The translations under genes were made by a program, and so were the position numbers. A DNA stretch of 64,000 bases from Candidatus Dojkabacteria bacterium (GTDB lineage: Bacteria > Patescibacteriota > Dojkabacteria > B142 > OLB20): positions 194,335 through 258,334 of the forward strand of contig DAOMOX010000001.1 in the NCBI GenBank assembly GCA_035444565.1, given 5' to 3'. A model generated the notes under the pieces. The model saw only the letters and a program-made list of their open reading frames with translations. It was not told the origin of the DNA and searched no databases. Positions 1 through 9,651 of this stretch are shown one piece after another; the stretch's first letter is position 1, and each line of letters begins with the position of its first letter.

Positions 1-1419
1 AATAATACTGATTATTGAATCTTCGATATCTATGAACTTTCATTCCTTCAAACTCTTCCTCTTTTGGTAGTGAATTCTCGGGATTGTTTGCTGTATGCAC
101 CGTGACTTTGTGTCCTAATTGGACCATTCTTCTGGCAAGTTCATAGCAATTCGTCTCAGCTCCACCATGTTCTGGATAGAATTTTGTGATTACATAATCA
201 ATTTTCAATGTTGGATTTTTCGTGACGGTATCGTTGAGCGCATCTATTGTTAGCCTGGCGGATTTGTCCCAGTTGAATTTTAGGGCTTGAACAAGACCTG
301 CTTTTACAATTTTTTGTTTCAAGCTACCATCTTGGAGAACTTGTTTTATCTTCTCGCCAACTTCTTCCGGATTTTTTGGATCCACCAAGAGTGCACCCTT
401 TTCTAGCACTTCAGGATAACTGGTGCGATCCGAGGCAACTACAGGAACTCCTGCAGTGATTGCTTCAAGCACCGATAAGCCAAATCCTTCGTAGTTCGAT
501 AGGCTCACAAAACACTCCGCATTGTTCAAAATGGTTGGTAAGTGATTCTGTTTAATTTCTCCGGTAAAGATAACTTTGTGCTGAAGCTTATAGTCCGATA
601 ATGACTCTAGTAATCGATTTGCCGAAGGTGTGACTGGTTTCGGTTTACCATCCCAGCCTAGTTTGAATTCTTTTCCAGCTATAACTAATTTCAAATCAGG
701 ATGTTTACTTGTGACTTTGTTAAATGACTGCAGTAACATATCGATATTTTTGTTTTCTTCGAGACCACCGTAGTAGAGAACATATGGTTGAGTGATTTTG
801 TACATCACTAATACCCTTCTCAACTCTCTTGTATCTGCGTGTATGTTTTCATTACGAAAAGCAGAGTCTACAGCTAAAGGTGTGACAAATATATTCTCTT
901 CTGGAAATTTTGCTTTCTTTACTAGTTCCTTTTTTGTGAAATTTGAATTTGTGAGAACTAGATCAGCTTTTCTAGCTTTCCACAGATTCTTCCTGTAAAA
1001 AATGCCCTTAACAAGATTCACCAAAGCATTTTTCTGTGAATATGAATTCGTAATCATTGGAATAATATCGTGAACCATTACTGCAGTTTTTACTTTTCCA
1101 ACAGGCAAACCTCTCTCTAAATGAGGAGCAAAGAAAATATCTAAATTTGATTTGATAATTTTTCTTTTAAATACTGTATTAAAGAAAAGTGGATTTGTGA
1201 CACTAGATTGTCTTGGTTTTCCAAGACTAATAAATGAGATATTTTTTGGGCTTTTGATTTCTAACTCTTTGAGATTTGATTTCTGGTCTTTGAATCCAAA
1301 CAGAACCCACTCGTGTTCATCGTTTTGTAACATCCTTCTGACGACTTCACGTGCATAGGTCCCAATTCCTCTGTGGGAGTATTGATCAAAAAGGAATGTG
1401 ATATCTATACCAACTCGCA
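1..1419 (-). CDS. GT4 glycosyltransferase, 5'-complete and 3'-truncated by the window edge. A complete GT4 domain appears to be followed in the same frame by the start of a second GT4 domain
   Basis: Minus-strand translation from the ATG at 1419 gives MRVGIDITFLFDQYSHRGIGTYAREVV..., a typical GT4 N-terminus. Around nt 420-480 it reads ...SNYEGFGLSVLEAITAGVPVVASD (EX7E-type GT4 motif). After ...LKFNWDKSARLTIDALND the frame continues without a stop into KIDYVITKFYPEHGGAETNCYELARRMVQLGHKVTVHT, a second GT4-like N-terminal Rossmann start. No stop to nt 1, and the complete-ORF track does not list it, consistent with an edge-truncated ORF. Confidence 0.7.
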
Positions 1420-1649
1420 TAACTGAATTATATATTGAATAGGGTAATTATACTAAATAATTCACAACTATGTATTCAGTATTAATAATTGGGAAAGTCA
1501 AGTTCTGGGTTTGGAGTATAGTCCAACGATGTCATTCCTACACTAAATTATATCTGGTGTAAACTCTAGCAGGAGTCTATTCAAGACTTGTATAAATAAG
1601 TTTAAATTCTTATGTATAATATATCTTTAGATTTACTAATCCTCACAAT

Positions 1650-2219
1650 ATGACTGATCCTATATACGATAAACATCTGGAACCAACAATAACTAAGGCT
1701 CAGACACCAATAGGGGAAATTGAATTAGTTAATGGGAGATTGTCGGATATACATTCGCCAAGATATTTTAGCGATTGGATTATGAAATATGGTGGTAATT
1801 TGGATACAAATATTGATGTAGCGGCAACGAGGTTAGGACACGCATTATTAACTATAAGAGATGATGATGAAAATTTTTACTTTCTTCCAAGCGTAACAGA
1901 TGAGACAGAAGGTGTTAATTTTGAAAGAAGTAGACAAGGTTCACTTTCTAGAATTGATTGGGAACTCTCAATTCCTGGTATGTCAGAGGAATTACGAGAC
2001 AGATTAAGTGAACTTAAGGAGATGATTTCCAATCAAAATTGGACTGATATCGAATCCCGAGCTAAGGGTCGAGCTGCATTTCGAGGTATACGCGATGATA
2101 TAAAAGAATCTGAGGAAGTAAAAGCTCATATTGATACATATTTGGGTACTAAAAAACAACTATGGGGTAAGTGGACAGAGTTTTTAAAAGAAAATGGTTT
2201 GATACCTAAAGGTTATTGA
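1650..2219 (+). CDS. hypothetical protein (189 aa), no recognisable motif
   Basis: Clean ORF with an AT-rich promoter-like upstream region (TATAAT-like at about 1615-1625). No TM segment, no recognised domain. Confidence 0.45.
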   Translation: MTDPIYDKHLEPTITKAQTPIGEIELVNGRLSDIHSPRYFSDWIMKYGGNLDTNIDVAATRLGHALLTIRDDDENFYFLPSVTDETEGVNFERSRQGSLSRIDWELSIPGMSEELRDRLSELKEMISNQNWTDIESRAKGRAAFRGIRDDIKESEEVKAHIDTYLGTKKQLWGKWTEFLKENGLIPKGY

Positions 2220-2327
2220 AGAAATATGTAATCCCCAGAGAGCATAATCACCTTGAGCTTCATCCTACATTATTGATATATATAATCCTTTGTATATTAT
2301 ATAGATATTAATTTTTACAAATTTATT

Positions 2328-2597
2328 ATGAATGACCGGAGATTTAGTGAAGCAGGACTTTTCCATGCTGCCGAAGGATTTGGTGGTGTTGCAACAGGAA
2401 CAGGACCAGTAGAGGATATATTACCTCCAGTAGGAAATGAGGATGTTGGACAGGCTGGTGTCGACGCATCAACACCAAACGCAGCTCCAGCAGCTGAAGC
2501 TATCGTTGACGATGGAATAGATGCGGCCAAACTCAGTACAACTCCACCTGGAGAGTTAATGCCCGGTCTAGAAGAACCAGTAGCACCAGAATTATAA
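2328..2597 (+). CDS. small acidic Ala/Gly/Pro/Val-rich hypothetical protein (89 aa) in a locally GC-rich segment
   Basis: ORF ends TAA at 2595-2597 and is followed about 15 nt later by a strong intrinsic terminator. Local GC is visibly higher than flanks. The antisense ORF 2315-2530 has no such terminator support. Confidence 0.4.
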   Translation: MNDRRFSEAGLFHAAEGFGGVATGTGPVEDILPPVGNEDVGQAGVDASTPNAAPAAEAIVDDGIDAAKLSTTPPGELMPGLEEPVAPEL

Positions 2598-2613
2598 TTT
2601 CATAAAAAAATCA

Positions 2614-2641
2614 AAGCACCTCTTCGGGGGTGCTTTTTTTG
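2614..2641 (+). terminator. rho-independent terminator: GCACC-TCTTCGG-GGTGC hairpin with a UUCG-type loop, followed by T7
   Basis: aaagcacctcttcgggggtgcttttttt read directly from the sequence. Confidence 0.75.
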
Positions 2642-2668
2642 TATGTTAATGATATTTTATTAATTCAT

Positions 2669-3229
2669 ATGGCGAAATTCATTAACCTCAACAACCAACT
2701 CAAATCAGAAATTGACGCAATTCTGATCAAATACTCATTAATAGAGTTACTCGCATCTTATGGGAAAGTCCTAGTTACTGGAAGTTATAGCTATGACCTA
2801 ATGGCTTGGAGGGATTACGATTTAGTTATAGAGTTAAATGATTACACAACTGAAGCTGTTTATAAATTGGTGGATGATATTGGAGTTAAATTAAACCCAG
2901 ACAGACTTCGGATTCTAAATAATCTCAACAAGACCGAAACTAACCGACCCCAAGGTGTATGGCTCGGTGTTTACATTGAGAATTGGAAAATCGATATTTG
3001 GCTCATGAATTCTGAAAACTTTAAAAAAGAGGTACAGAATTCACAGAAGTTAAAAGAAAAGCTTAAAGATGTGGATAGAGAAACTCTGATTTCGATAAAA
3101 TCAGAACTTTCCAAAGACCCTGACTATCATGTGAAATTCTCGAGTGTTGATTTATATGAGGCGTATTTAGATGGGAATGTAAGAACAGTACAGGAATTTT
3201 ATGAAAAATTGAAAAATTTAAAAATTTAG
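2669..3229 (+). CDS. minimal nucleotidyltransferase (Pol-beta superfamily) domain protein
   Basis: The motif VLVTGSYSYDLMAWRDYDLVIE fits the hG[GS]x9-13Dh[DE]h NTase signature. The start is moved to the ATG at 2669 (MAKFINL...) because the ORF-track start at 2630 lies inside the upstream terminator. Confidence 0.5.
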   Translation: MAKFINLNNQLKSEIDAILIKYSLIELLASYGKVLVTGSYSYDLMAWRDYDLVIELNDYTTEAVYKLVDDIGVKLNPDRLRILNNLNKTETNRPQGVWLGVYIENWKIDIWLMNSENFKKEVQNSQKLKEKLKDVDRETLISIKSELSKDPDYHVKFSSVDLYEAYLDGNVRTVQEFYEKLKNLKI

Positions 3230-3302
3230 AAATTCGCTACCACACAACCCTATTGGCTATCTTTACGCACTCTTGTATAATCACCTTCAAGCAAATCAAT
3301 AA

Positions 3303-4127
3303 ATGAATAATTCTGATGTAGACCCAGCAGGAATGATTCGCTATGACTTACCATTCCTTATTACTCATAACAGAGAAAGATTTACACCTGATCCTGTTAC
3401 TGGTTTCGGGTTAATGGAATATCTGTACAATCAAATCTTTGAGAAATATGGCCCATTTAAAGTTTCTGTGGAATGGTTTCAAGATCATGCACATGGTGTA
3501 GTATCGGAGAGTAAGGTTGAATGGGTGGATTATGAGGATTTGGCAAGTATTGAAGATGTTACGGATTTTATTCCCTCAATATCTGGAGTATTTGAAGTAT
3601 TATCATGTGAACGATTTGTAATTCCGATGATGGATCTTGAGATAATTTCATCTCCTACTAGTCAAACTACATTTCAACCAGATATTTCAGAATTTTGCAT
3701 GAAATTAGCTAAATCAGGAAATACGGGATGGATTATACGGTCTGGAGATTCAGGAAAAGGAAGTCATTGGTATATAGCTGACTATGCCCTCCCCTACAAT
3801 CCATATTTCTGGAAATCATCGGGAAATTTAATGCTTCAAATGACAGAAACAGTAGATGCCGGTTCTTTGTTACATGAAAATATTCTACTTTCTAATATGT
3901 TCGCAGCTCGTTTACTGGACTGTACAAGCATTGAGGAAGCACAAGAAATTGGGGCATCTATGCTGCTTACATTTCCAAGTCAAGTGAGTGGCTTGACAAG
4001 AAGAGGTTTACTCTACGACCCACGATGGGAAGGCCATAAACTAATCGAAGGAACAAATCCTTTGGTAAGGACTAAGAGAACGAAAGGCTATACTTCCCTT
4101 CCTAGTGTTTTGGTTGATATTTGTTGA
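3303..4127 (+). CDS. hypothetical protein (274 aa)
   Basis: Clean ORF with good coding periodicity. No recognised motif. Confidence 0.5.
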   Translation: MNNSDVDPAGMIRYDLPFLITHNRERFTPDPVTGFGLMEYLYNQIFEKYGPFKVSVEWFQDHAHGVVSESKVEWVDYEDLASIEDVTDFIPSISGVFEVLSCERFVIPMMDLEIISSPTSQTTFQPDISEFCMKLAKSGNTGWIIRSGDSGKGSHWYIADYALPYNPYFWKSSGNLMLQMTETVDAGSLLHENILLSNMFAARLLDCTSIEEAQEIGASMLLTFPSQVSGLTRRGLLYDPRWEGHKLIEGTNPLVRTKRTKGYTSLPSVLVDIC

Positions 4128-4211
4128 AATGTTATTAATACAATAGGAAGAATTACCAATTCCATTTAATCTTCTCAGCCTATATAATAAACCACGCCTT
4201 TTGCAAAAAAT

Positions 4212-5534
4212 ATGGAAACTACAAAACCATCTCAAAAATCTATCAAAGACTTCTATTTCCTACTCGGAAATACTATGCTAGCGAATCTCATCAATATGAC
4301 GGTTTGGTTTGCGCTCGTGTTTTTTGTTTATCTAGAGACGAAAGCTGTAATTGTGACATCTGTCACCTCTGGAATTTTTCTTGCAACGGTTGCTATAACA
4401 GGATTTTGGTTTGGGACTCTTGTCGACCATTACAAAAAGAAAAGCTTAATGTTAATCTCGAGTATTTTTTCATTAATCTCATATATCATCGGACTAGTGG
4501 TATATCTTGGAACACCTGACGACGCATTCAAAGACCTCACCAATCCTACGCTTTGGATTTTTATAATAATCCTATTAGCGGGAGTCATAGCCGGGAATAT
4601 CAGAACAATAGCGATTCCTACATTGGTCACACTTATGATTCCAGAAGACAGAAGAGATAGAGCTAACGGCTTAGTGGGAACTTCATCGGGAATAGTTTTT
4701 CTAGTTGTTTCTGTAATTAGTGGATTACTTGTAGCACACTCGGGGATGTATCTAGCTTTGGTATTGGCGATTATTGTGTCTATATTATCTATAGCTCATT
4801 TGGTTTTCATCCCAATTAAGGAAACTGTCACAAATGTCATCAAAAAAGGGAAATCAAAACTTGATATTCGAGGAACATTGAAAATCATTTCATCTGTCCC
4901 AGGGCTTGCATCATTAATTGTATTCACGACACTTAACAACTTCCTTGGTGGAGTATACATGTCATTAATGGATGCCTACGGTCTCTCACTAGTTTCAGTG
5001 CAGGTTTGGGGTTTTATTTGGGGTTTTCTGAGCACTGCTTTCATTGTTGGAGGACTTGTGATTGCCAAAAAAGGTCTGGGGAAAAATCCTCTAAAATCGC
5101 TTTTTATTGCTAACATTATTATCTGGTCGGTGTCCACTGTATTCACCATACAGCCTTCAATAGTACTATTAATGATAGGTATGTTTATCTATCTTGCAGT
5201 CGTGCCATTTATAGAGGCTTCCGAACATACGATTATCCAGAAAGTGGTTTCAGCTGATAGACAGGGTAGAGTTTTCGGTATCGCACAAAGCATAGAGCAA
5301 ACCGCTTCCCCTCTAACATCGTTTTTGATTGGACCACTTGCCCAATTTTTCTTTATTCCGTTTATGACCAATGGTGATGGTGCCAGATTGATCGGAAAAT
5401 GGTACGGTACAGGTGCTGATAGAGGAATTAGCTTAGTCTTCACTCTAACAGGTATCATCGGTCTAGCTATGACTATTATCGCCTTCAGATCGAAGTTTTA
5501 CAAGAGATTGTCAGAGAGGTATTTGGCAGGGTAG
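4212..5534 (+). CDS. MFS-type transporter (about 12 TM, efflux-like)
   Basis: Many hydrophobic helices through 440 aa. The N-terminal half has an MFS-like organisation with a loop between TM2 and TM3 (DHYKKKS). Confidence 0.65.
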   Translation: METTKPSQKSIKDFYFLLGNTMLANLINMTVWFALVFFVYLETKAVIVTSVTSGIFLATVAITGFWFGTLVDHYKKKSLMLISSIFSLISYIIGLVVYLGTPDDAFKDLTNPTLWIFIIILLAGVIAGNIRTIAIPTLVTLMIPEDRRDRANGLVGTSSGIVFLVVSVISGLLVAHSGMYLALVLAIIVSILSIAHLVFIPIKETVTNVIKKGKSKLDIRGTLKIISSVPGLASLIVFTTLNNFLGGVYMSLMDAYGLSLVSVQVWGFIWGFLSTAFIVGGLVIAKKGLGKNPLKSLFIANIIIWSVSTVFTIQPSIVLLMIGMFIYLAVVPFIEASEHTIIQKVVSADRQGRVFGIAQSIEQTASPLTSFLIGPLAQFFFIPFMTNGDGARLIGKWYGTGADRGISLVFTLTGIIGLAMTIIAFRSKFYKRLSERYLAG

Positions 5535-5698
5535 GACTGGAAAGATTCTGAGATTAAGGAATTCAGGAATTAAGAGATTAAAGACTAGTCATTGTATCAA
5601 TCTTTCAATTCCTCAATAGTTAAACACATACACAACCGCCAATTCACTTAAGTATTAATACATTTGGTGATATAATCATTACCCAAATACATATAATT

Positions 5699-6049
5699 AT
5701 GGATACTTTTACAATTTCTATCAATCAAATTCATCCCGGAGATTTCCCGAAAAAATCTTCATGGGAATATTTTAGTAATTTTCCTGATGAAAGATTTAAA
5801 CAGGAATTTTCCAGAACACCATTCGGACTAGCCTTATTACCTACAGTAGGTTTAATACTTATGGAAGGAAGTCACCGTGTGGCAAGACTCTCTGAAGTGG
5901 GCTTTTCCCAAATATACTACTTTATGAGAGAACTGACAAACTCGGACATAAAATCGTGGCAACAGAGAATTAACGCACTACATGGCAAAGGAATTTATAA
6001 TTTTGGTGATTTCCTAAGCCAGTGTCAAGATGGAAGGTTCTATCGGTAG
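5699..6049 (+). CDS. hypothetical protein (116 aa)
   Basis: ORF only. Confidence 0.3.
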   Translation: MDTFTISINQIHPGDFPKKSSWEYFSNFPDERFKQEFSRTPFGLALLPTVGLILMEGSHRVARLSEVGFSQIYYFMRELTNSDIKSWQQRINALHGKGIYNFGDFLSQCQDGRFYR

Positions 6050-6098
6050 AGTACTTTAGAACTATTTATAATTCCTTAATTTTTCAATCTCTAAATTT

Positions 6099-6776
6099 TT
6101 ACATTTTCTCTATGCTCCTACCCTTCTTTAAGTACCTCTTCAAAATCACCCCAAACAACATCGCAGCAACAAAAATCGATGATAGCCAGATTGTTGAACC
6201 CTGTTCACTTCTTAAATCTATGTCTTGAAAGATTATGTAAATCAATGAATTTACCAATAATCCACATACAGCAGTTATAGCGAAAAAATGACGAAATGTT
6301 ATATTAGTTAACCCTCCTGCGTATGAGATTAAATCGAAAAAAGCGAAGCCAAACAGTCTAGAGATTGTGAAGAATTTAACTCCTTCTACTGTCGTAAACT
6401 CATCAACTTCTTTCATGGCTTTTTTACCGACAAGTCTTAGCACAAGAGTTCTGCCGTATTTTCTAGCTATGTGAAAATTGATTGTGCAACTTATAAAACT
6501 GGCAATGTACAAAAGAGCCAATCCGGTCTTAATCCCATACAAAGAAACGCCCATTATTACTCCTGGAGAACCAGCAACTGGAGCTAGTACATGAGAAAAA
6601 ATGGTGTATGAAATTATAATCAGATATACCCATCTGCCTGATTCTTCTGTGAATTTGATTACAGTATTAGAATTAATGAGTGGGATAAAAAGGTATTTTT
6701 GAGCAATAAAGATGGCTATTACTACGAGAGCAATTTTACCGAGGAGTTTTAGATTGGTTTTAGTGATATGTTTCAT
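6099..6776 (-). CDS. DedA/TVP38 (SNARE-associated) family membrane protein
   Basis: 225 aa with 5-6 TM. The N-terminal TM is followed by a ...VLAPVAGSPGVIMGVSLYG... re-entrant-like glycine-rich segment typical of the DedA/TVP38 family. Confidence 0.45.
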   Translation of the reverse strand: MKHITKTNLKLLGKIALVVIAIFIAQKYLFIPLINSNTVIKFTEESGRWVYLIIISYTIFSHVLAPVAGSPGVIMGVSLYGIKTGLALLYIASFISCTINFHIARKYGRTLVLRLVGKKAMKEVDEFTTVEGVKFFTISRLFGFAFFDLISYAGGLTNITFRHFFAITAVCGLLVNSLIYIIFQDIDLRSEQGSTIWLSSIFVAAMLFGVILKRYLKKGRSIEKM

Positions 6777-6960
6777 AAAGGATATTATAGCCTATTAAAG
6801 AAGTAGTTTGCTTTGGAATACAAAGCTATTTGATTCTCCAAGTTTTATTATTAGCTAAAGTGTTTTATTACGAGAAAGATAAATTGAGTCTTAAATCCAG
6901 AATTCTGAATCTTAACTAATATATGTTATCATTGTAATCATATTATTTTAATATATTACA

Positions 6961-7245
6961 ATGAAAGACAAAACTAACTTGCAAATACCAATATCAACTA
7001 AAATTAAAAAGTTAGCAGAAGTAAAGGCCGAAGCTCATGGTTTTTCATCGGTGCAAGAACTTGTGAGAGTTTTTCTCGCTAGTTTTGTAAATGATGAAGT
7101 CAGTCTAGACTTCTCACGCCCCGTACAGAGCAAGATGTTCGATAGATATGAGAGAGAGCAAGCAATTGTTGATAAGGGATTACGTGATGGAACTACAAAA
7201 ACATATACTGCCGAAGAATTTATAGACCAGCTTAATAAATTATGA
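6961..7245 (+). CDS. dinJ: type II antitoxin, DinJ/RelB-like ribbon-helix-helix
   Basis: 94 aa. The N-terminus IPISTKIKKLAEVKAEAHGFSSVQELVRVFL is RHH-like and resembles DinJ (RIDEDLK..A..VL...GLT.S...R). It overlaps the downstream toxin by 4 nt (ATGA). Confidence 0.6.
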   Translation: MKDKTNLQIPISTKIKKLAEVKAEAHGFSSVQELVRVFLASFVNDEVSLDFSRPVQSKMFDRYEREQAIVDKGLRDGTTKTYTAEEFIDQLNKL

Positions 7246-7505
7246 CAATTACTGCTACCAAACAGTTTATTAGAAATTATAAAATACGGATTCATCCAAA
7301 CCCCAAGCTCACGAAAAAATTTGAACAAAGAGTTCTTTTATTTGCAAAAAACCCACAACATCCAATACTGAAATTACATAAACTTGCAGGGAATAAAGAT
7401 AATTACTACTCACTTTCGATTACTGGCGATATACGCGTCATATTAACTATCAAAGGAGACATCGCTACTTTTCACAATGTCGGAACGCATAGCCAGGTTT
7501 ATTGA
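7242..7505 (+). CDS. yafQ: type II toxin, RelE/YafQ family mRNA interferase
   Basis: 87 aa. The segment HPILKLHKLAGNKDNYYSLSITGDIRVILTIKGDIATFHNVGTHSQVY matches the YafQ/RelE pattern (H.L.G....Y.....I..D.R.I.......L.F.R.GTH). It is translationally coupled to the upstream RHH gene. Confidence 0.7.
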   Translation: MTITATKQFIRNYKIRIHPNPKLTKKFEQRVLLFAKNPQHPILKLHKLAGNKDNYYSLSITGDIRVILTIKGDIATFHNVGTHSQVY

Positions 7506-7526
7506 AAATAGAGAATTTTTTAATCC

Positions 7527-8246
7527 CTACATTTCTACATCTTGTCTCAGTTTCTCGTACATCACCACACCCGTTGCGACACTCATGTTTAGGGAATTGA
7601 TTTGACCTACTAGGGGGATTTTTACTACTTCATCACATTTGTTCATAATCGCGTCGCTTAATGAACGATCCTCACCACCGATTATAAACATCACTCGACC
7701 AGTCAAATCCGCCTCATGATAAAACTTTTCTCCAGATACTTCGATTCCCACAACTTTTACGCCTGCATCTTTGCATTCTTTGATAGCTGTAAATAAACCC
7801 TCGTGGACAATAGGAACATTTTCACTTGCTCCCATCGATGCTCTGATAACCTGAGGTGTGATTTTCGTCTTTGGAGAAAGCACAACTGCACTTGCACCTG
7901 TGCACTCAGCAGTACGGATAATCGAACCAATATTAAACTCATTAAAAGATTCTCGGATATAAATTAACATCATATCGTCATCACCTTCTTCCACAATTTT
8001 CCTAAAGGATAAAACAGGTAATGCAGACCTGACCGCAATAACACCCTGATGTTTGCCAGTGTCTGAAACTCTTTCGAGAAAATCCAACTTTACGAAACGC
8101 ATTTTGATTTTGTGTTTCTTCGCTAGTTTAACGATTTCATACATTTTGTCGTCTTTGTTGACTCTATCACGAATGAAAAGCTCCATCACATTTTCTGGAT
8201 TTGCTCTGAGACTTTCTAGTACTGGATTTCTGCCTTCTATGTTCAT
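7527..8246 (-). CDS. rlmB: SpoU/TrmH-family RNA 2'-O-methyltransferase (23S rRNA Gm2251 methyltransferase RlmB-like)
   Basis: N-terminal substrate-binding region (GRNPVLESL) plus the SPOUT knot motifs (VMFIIGGEDRSLSDAIMNKCDEVVKIP, INSLNMSVATGVVMYE). Confidence 0.8.
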   Translation of the reverse strand: MNIEGRNPVLESLRANPENVMELFIRDRVNKDDKMYEIVKLAKKHKIKMRFVKLDFLERVSDTGKHQGVIAVRSALPVLSFRKIVEEGDDDMMLIYIRESFNEFNIGSIIRTAECTGASAVVLSPKTKITPQVIRASMGASENVPIVHEGLFTAIKECKDAGVKVVGIEVSGEKFYHEADLTGRVMFIIGGEDRSLSDAIMNKCDEVVKIPLVGQINSLNMSVATGVVMYEKLRQDVEM

Positions 8247-8257
8247 AACAAGATGTA

Positions 8258-9268
8258 TTAAAGTCCAATTAAATTCTTCACTTCTACCAGAGTTCTCATA
8301 CCAACTTCTGTTGCCCGGACCCTGCCCCTCTCAAGAATAGCCTGAACCGAATCTTCATCGTTTTCAAATTGTTTTCTTTTCTCTCTAGCCTCAGTAAAGT
8401 ATCTCTGATGCGCATTAAATAGTTTCTCTTTAACTTCGACATCCCCCACTTCACCTTTCACATATCGATTTTTTAAATCCTGCACTTCCTCAAGATTGTC
8501 ATTTAATAAATCGTGAAAAATAAATACAGGATTACCCTCAACCCTACCTGGATCTGTTGCCTTTATTCGAGTTGGATCTGTAAAACAGCTCATAATCTGC
8601 TTCCGAATTACTTCTTCATCATCAAAAATTCCGATAACATTCCCAATACTTTTGCTCATCTTTCTAACACCATCGGTTCCAACTACTTTCGAAATTTCTT
8701 TTTTTCTATCTATCATTGGTACAGGAAGTGGGAAAAATTTTGTTTTGTAGGTCTTGTTAAAATTCTCAGCGATATCTCTAGCAAGTTCTATATGTTGCCT
8801 CTGATCCTCTCCGACTGGTACTCCAAATGGTTTGTATAGCAGGATATCAGCTGCCATCAAAATCGGATAATTAAAGAGACCCATATTAATATTCTCCACC
8901 ACTTCACCTTCCTGAAGTTTATCTTTAAAGGCATGCATTCTCTGCATCTGTCCGTATGAAATGTAGTTAGCTAATATGACTGCAAGTTCACTATGACTCT
9001 CAACTTGAGATTGTCGGAAAAATACAACTTTCTCAGGGTCCAAACCAAGAGCTAAATAGTCGAGTATGACATTTTTAATATTGTTTTCTAATACAGTTTT
9101 ATCTTTAACAGTAGTGAGTGCATGCAGGTCTGCAATGAAATAGTAAGCATTCTCAACTTCATTTTGAAGTTCTAGATGAGGCTTGATTGCGCCGAAATAG
9201 TTCCCAATGTGGAGCATATTTCCACTGGGAGTAATTCCTGATACGACTGTTTTTATTTTGCTATCCAT
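8258..9268 (-). CDS. trpS: tryptophan--tRNA ligase
   Basis: 336 aa class I aaRS with HIGH (MLHIGNYFG) and KMSKS (RKMSKSIGN) motifs. The size is typical of TrpRS. Confidence 0.9.
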   Translation of the reverse strand: MDSKIKTVVSGITPSGNMLHIGNYFGAIKPHLELQNEVENAYYFIADLHALTTVKDKTVLENNIKNVILDYLALGLDPEKVVFFRQSQVESHSELAVILANYISYGQMQRMHAFKDKLQEGEVVENINMGLFNYPILMAADILLYKPFGVPVGEDQRQHIELARDIAENFNKTYKTKFFPLPVPMIDRKKEISKVVGTDGVRKMSKSIGNVIGIFDDEEVIRKQIMSCFTDPTRIKATDPGRVEGNPVFIFHDLLNDNLEEVQDLKNRYVKGEVGDVEVKEKLFNAHQRYFTEAREKRKQFENDEDSVQAILERGRVRATEVGMRTLVEVKNLIGL

Positions 9269-9369
9269 AAATCGGTTTTAAACTATTCGATTATATCAAA
9301 TTTCACAAATCAATAGGTTGTATATATAGTGTTTCATTCAGTATAATCCAACTAATTACATCCAAAAAG

Positions 9370-9648
9370 ATGAATGGGGAGCATGATAAAACAATAGGTG
9401 AATTAATAACTGGGCAAAGAGCGAGAATTTACAAAGACACATATATTACCTTAGTAGGTCATTTTGTTGGTGACAGAGAAGAGGTACCTCCAAAAGGATT
9501 TACTACCAGGCATGCATTCAAAGGAAGGATTTTGGATTCTAAACGTATTAGTAACATGATAGAAGGACAAATTCCAGTTGGTTTAAAAGTGGACACTAAT
9601 ACCAACGTTTACTGCGTAGATCCATCTACAAAGGTAGGGACGTTATAA
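9370..9648 (+). CDS. hypothetical small protein (92 aa)
   Basis: ORF only. Confidence 0.3.
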   Translation: MNGEHDKTIGELITGQRARIYKDTYITLVGHFVGDREEVPPKGFTTRHAFKGRILDSKRISNMIEGQIPVGLKVDTNTNVYCVDPSTKVGTL

Positions 9649-9651
9649 AAA

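Noticed and set aside
792-1358. Plus-strand ORFs 792-998 and 1152-1358 (68 aa each)
   Set aside because: They lie entirely antisense within the well-supported minus-strand GT4 gene, and their translations are low-complexity with no motifs.
2315-2530. Minus-strand ORF antisense to the GC-rich mini-gene
   Set aside because: The intrinsic terminator at 2614-2641 is oriented for the plus strand. GC-rich sequence yields open frames on both strands by chance.
8053-8839. Plus-strand ORFs 8053-8340 and 8513-8839
   Set aside because: They are antisense within rlmB and trpS, both of which have unambiguous motifs.
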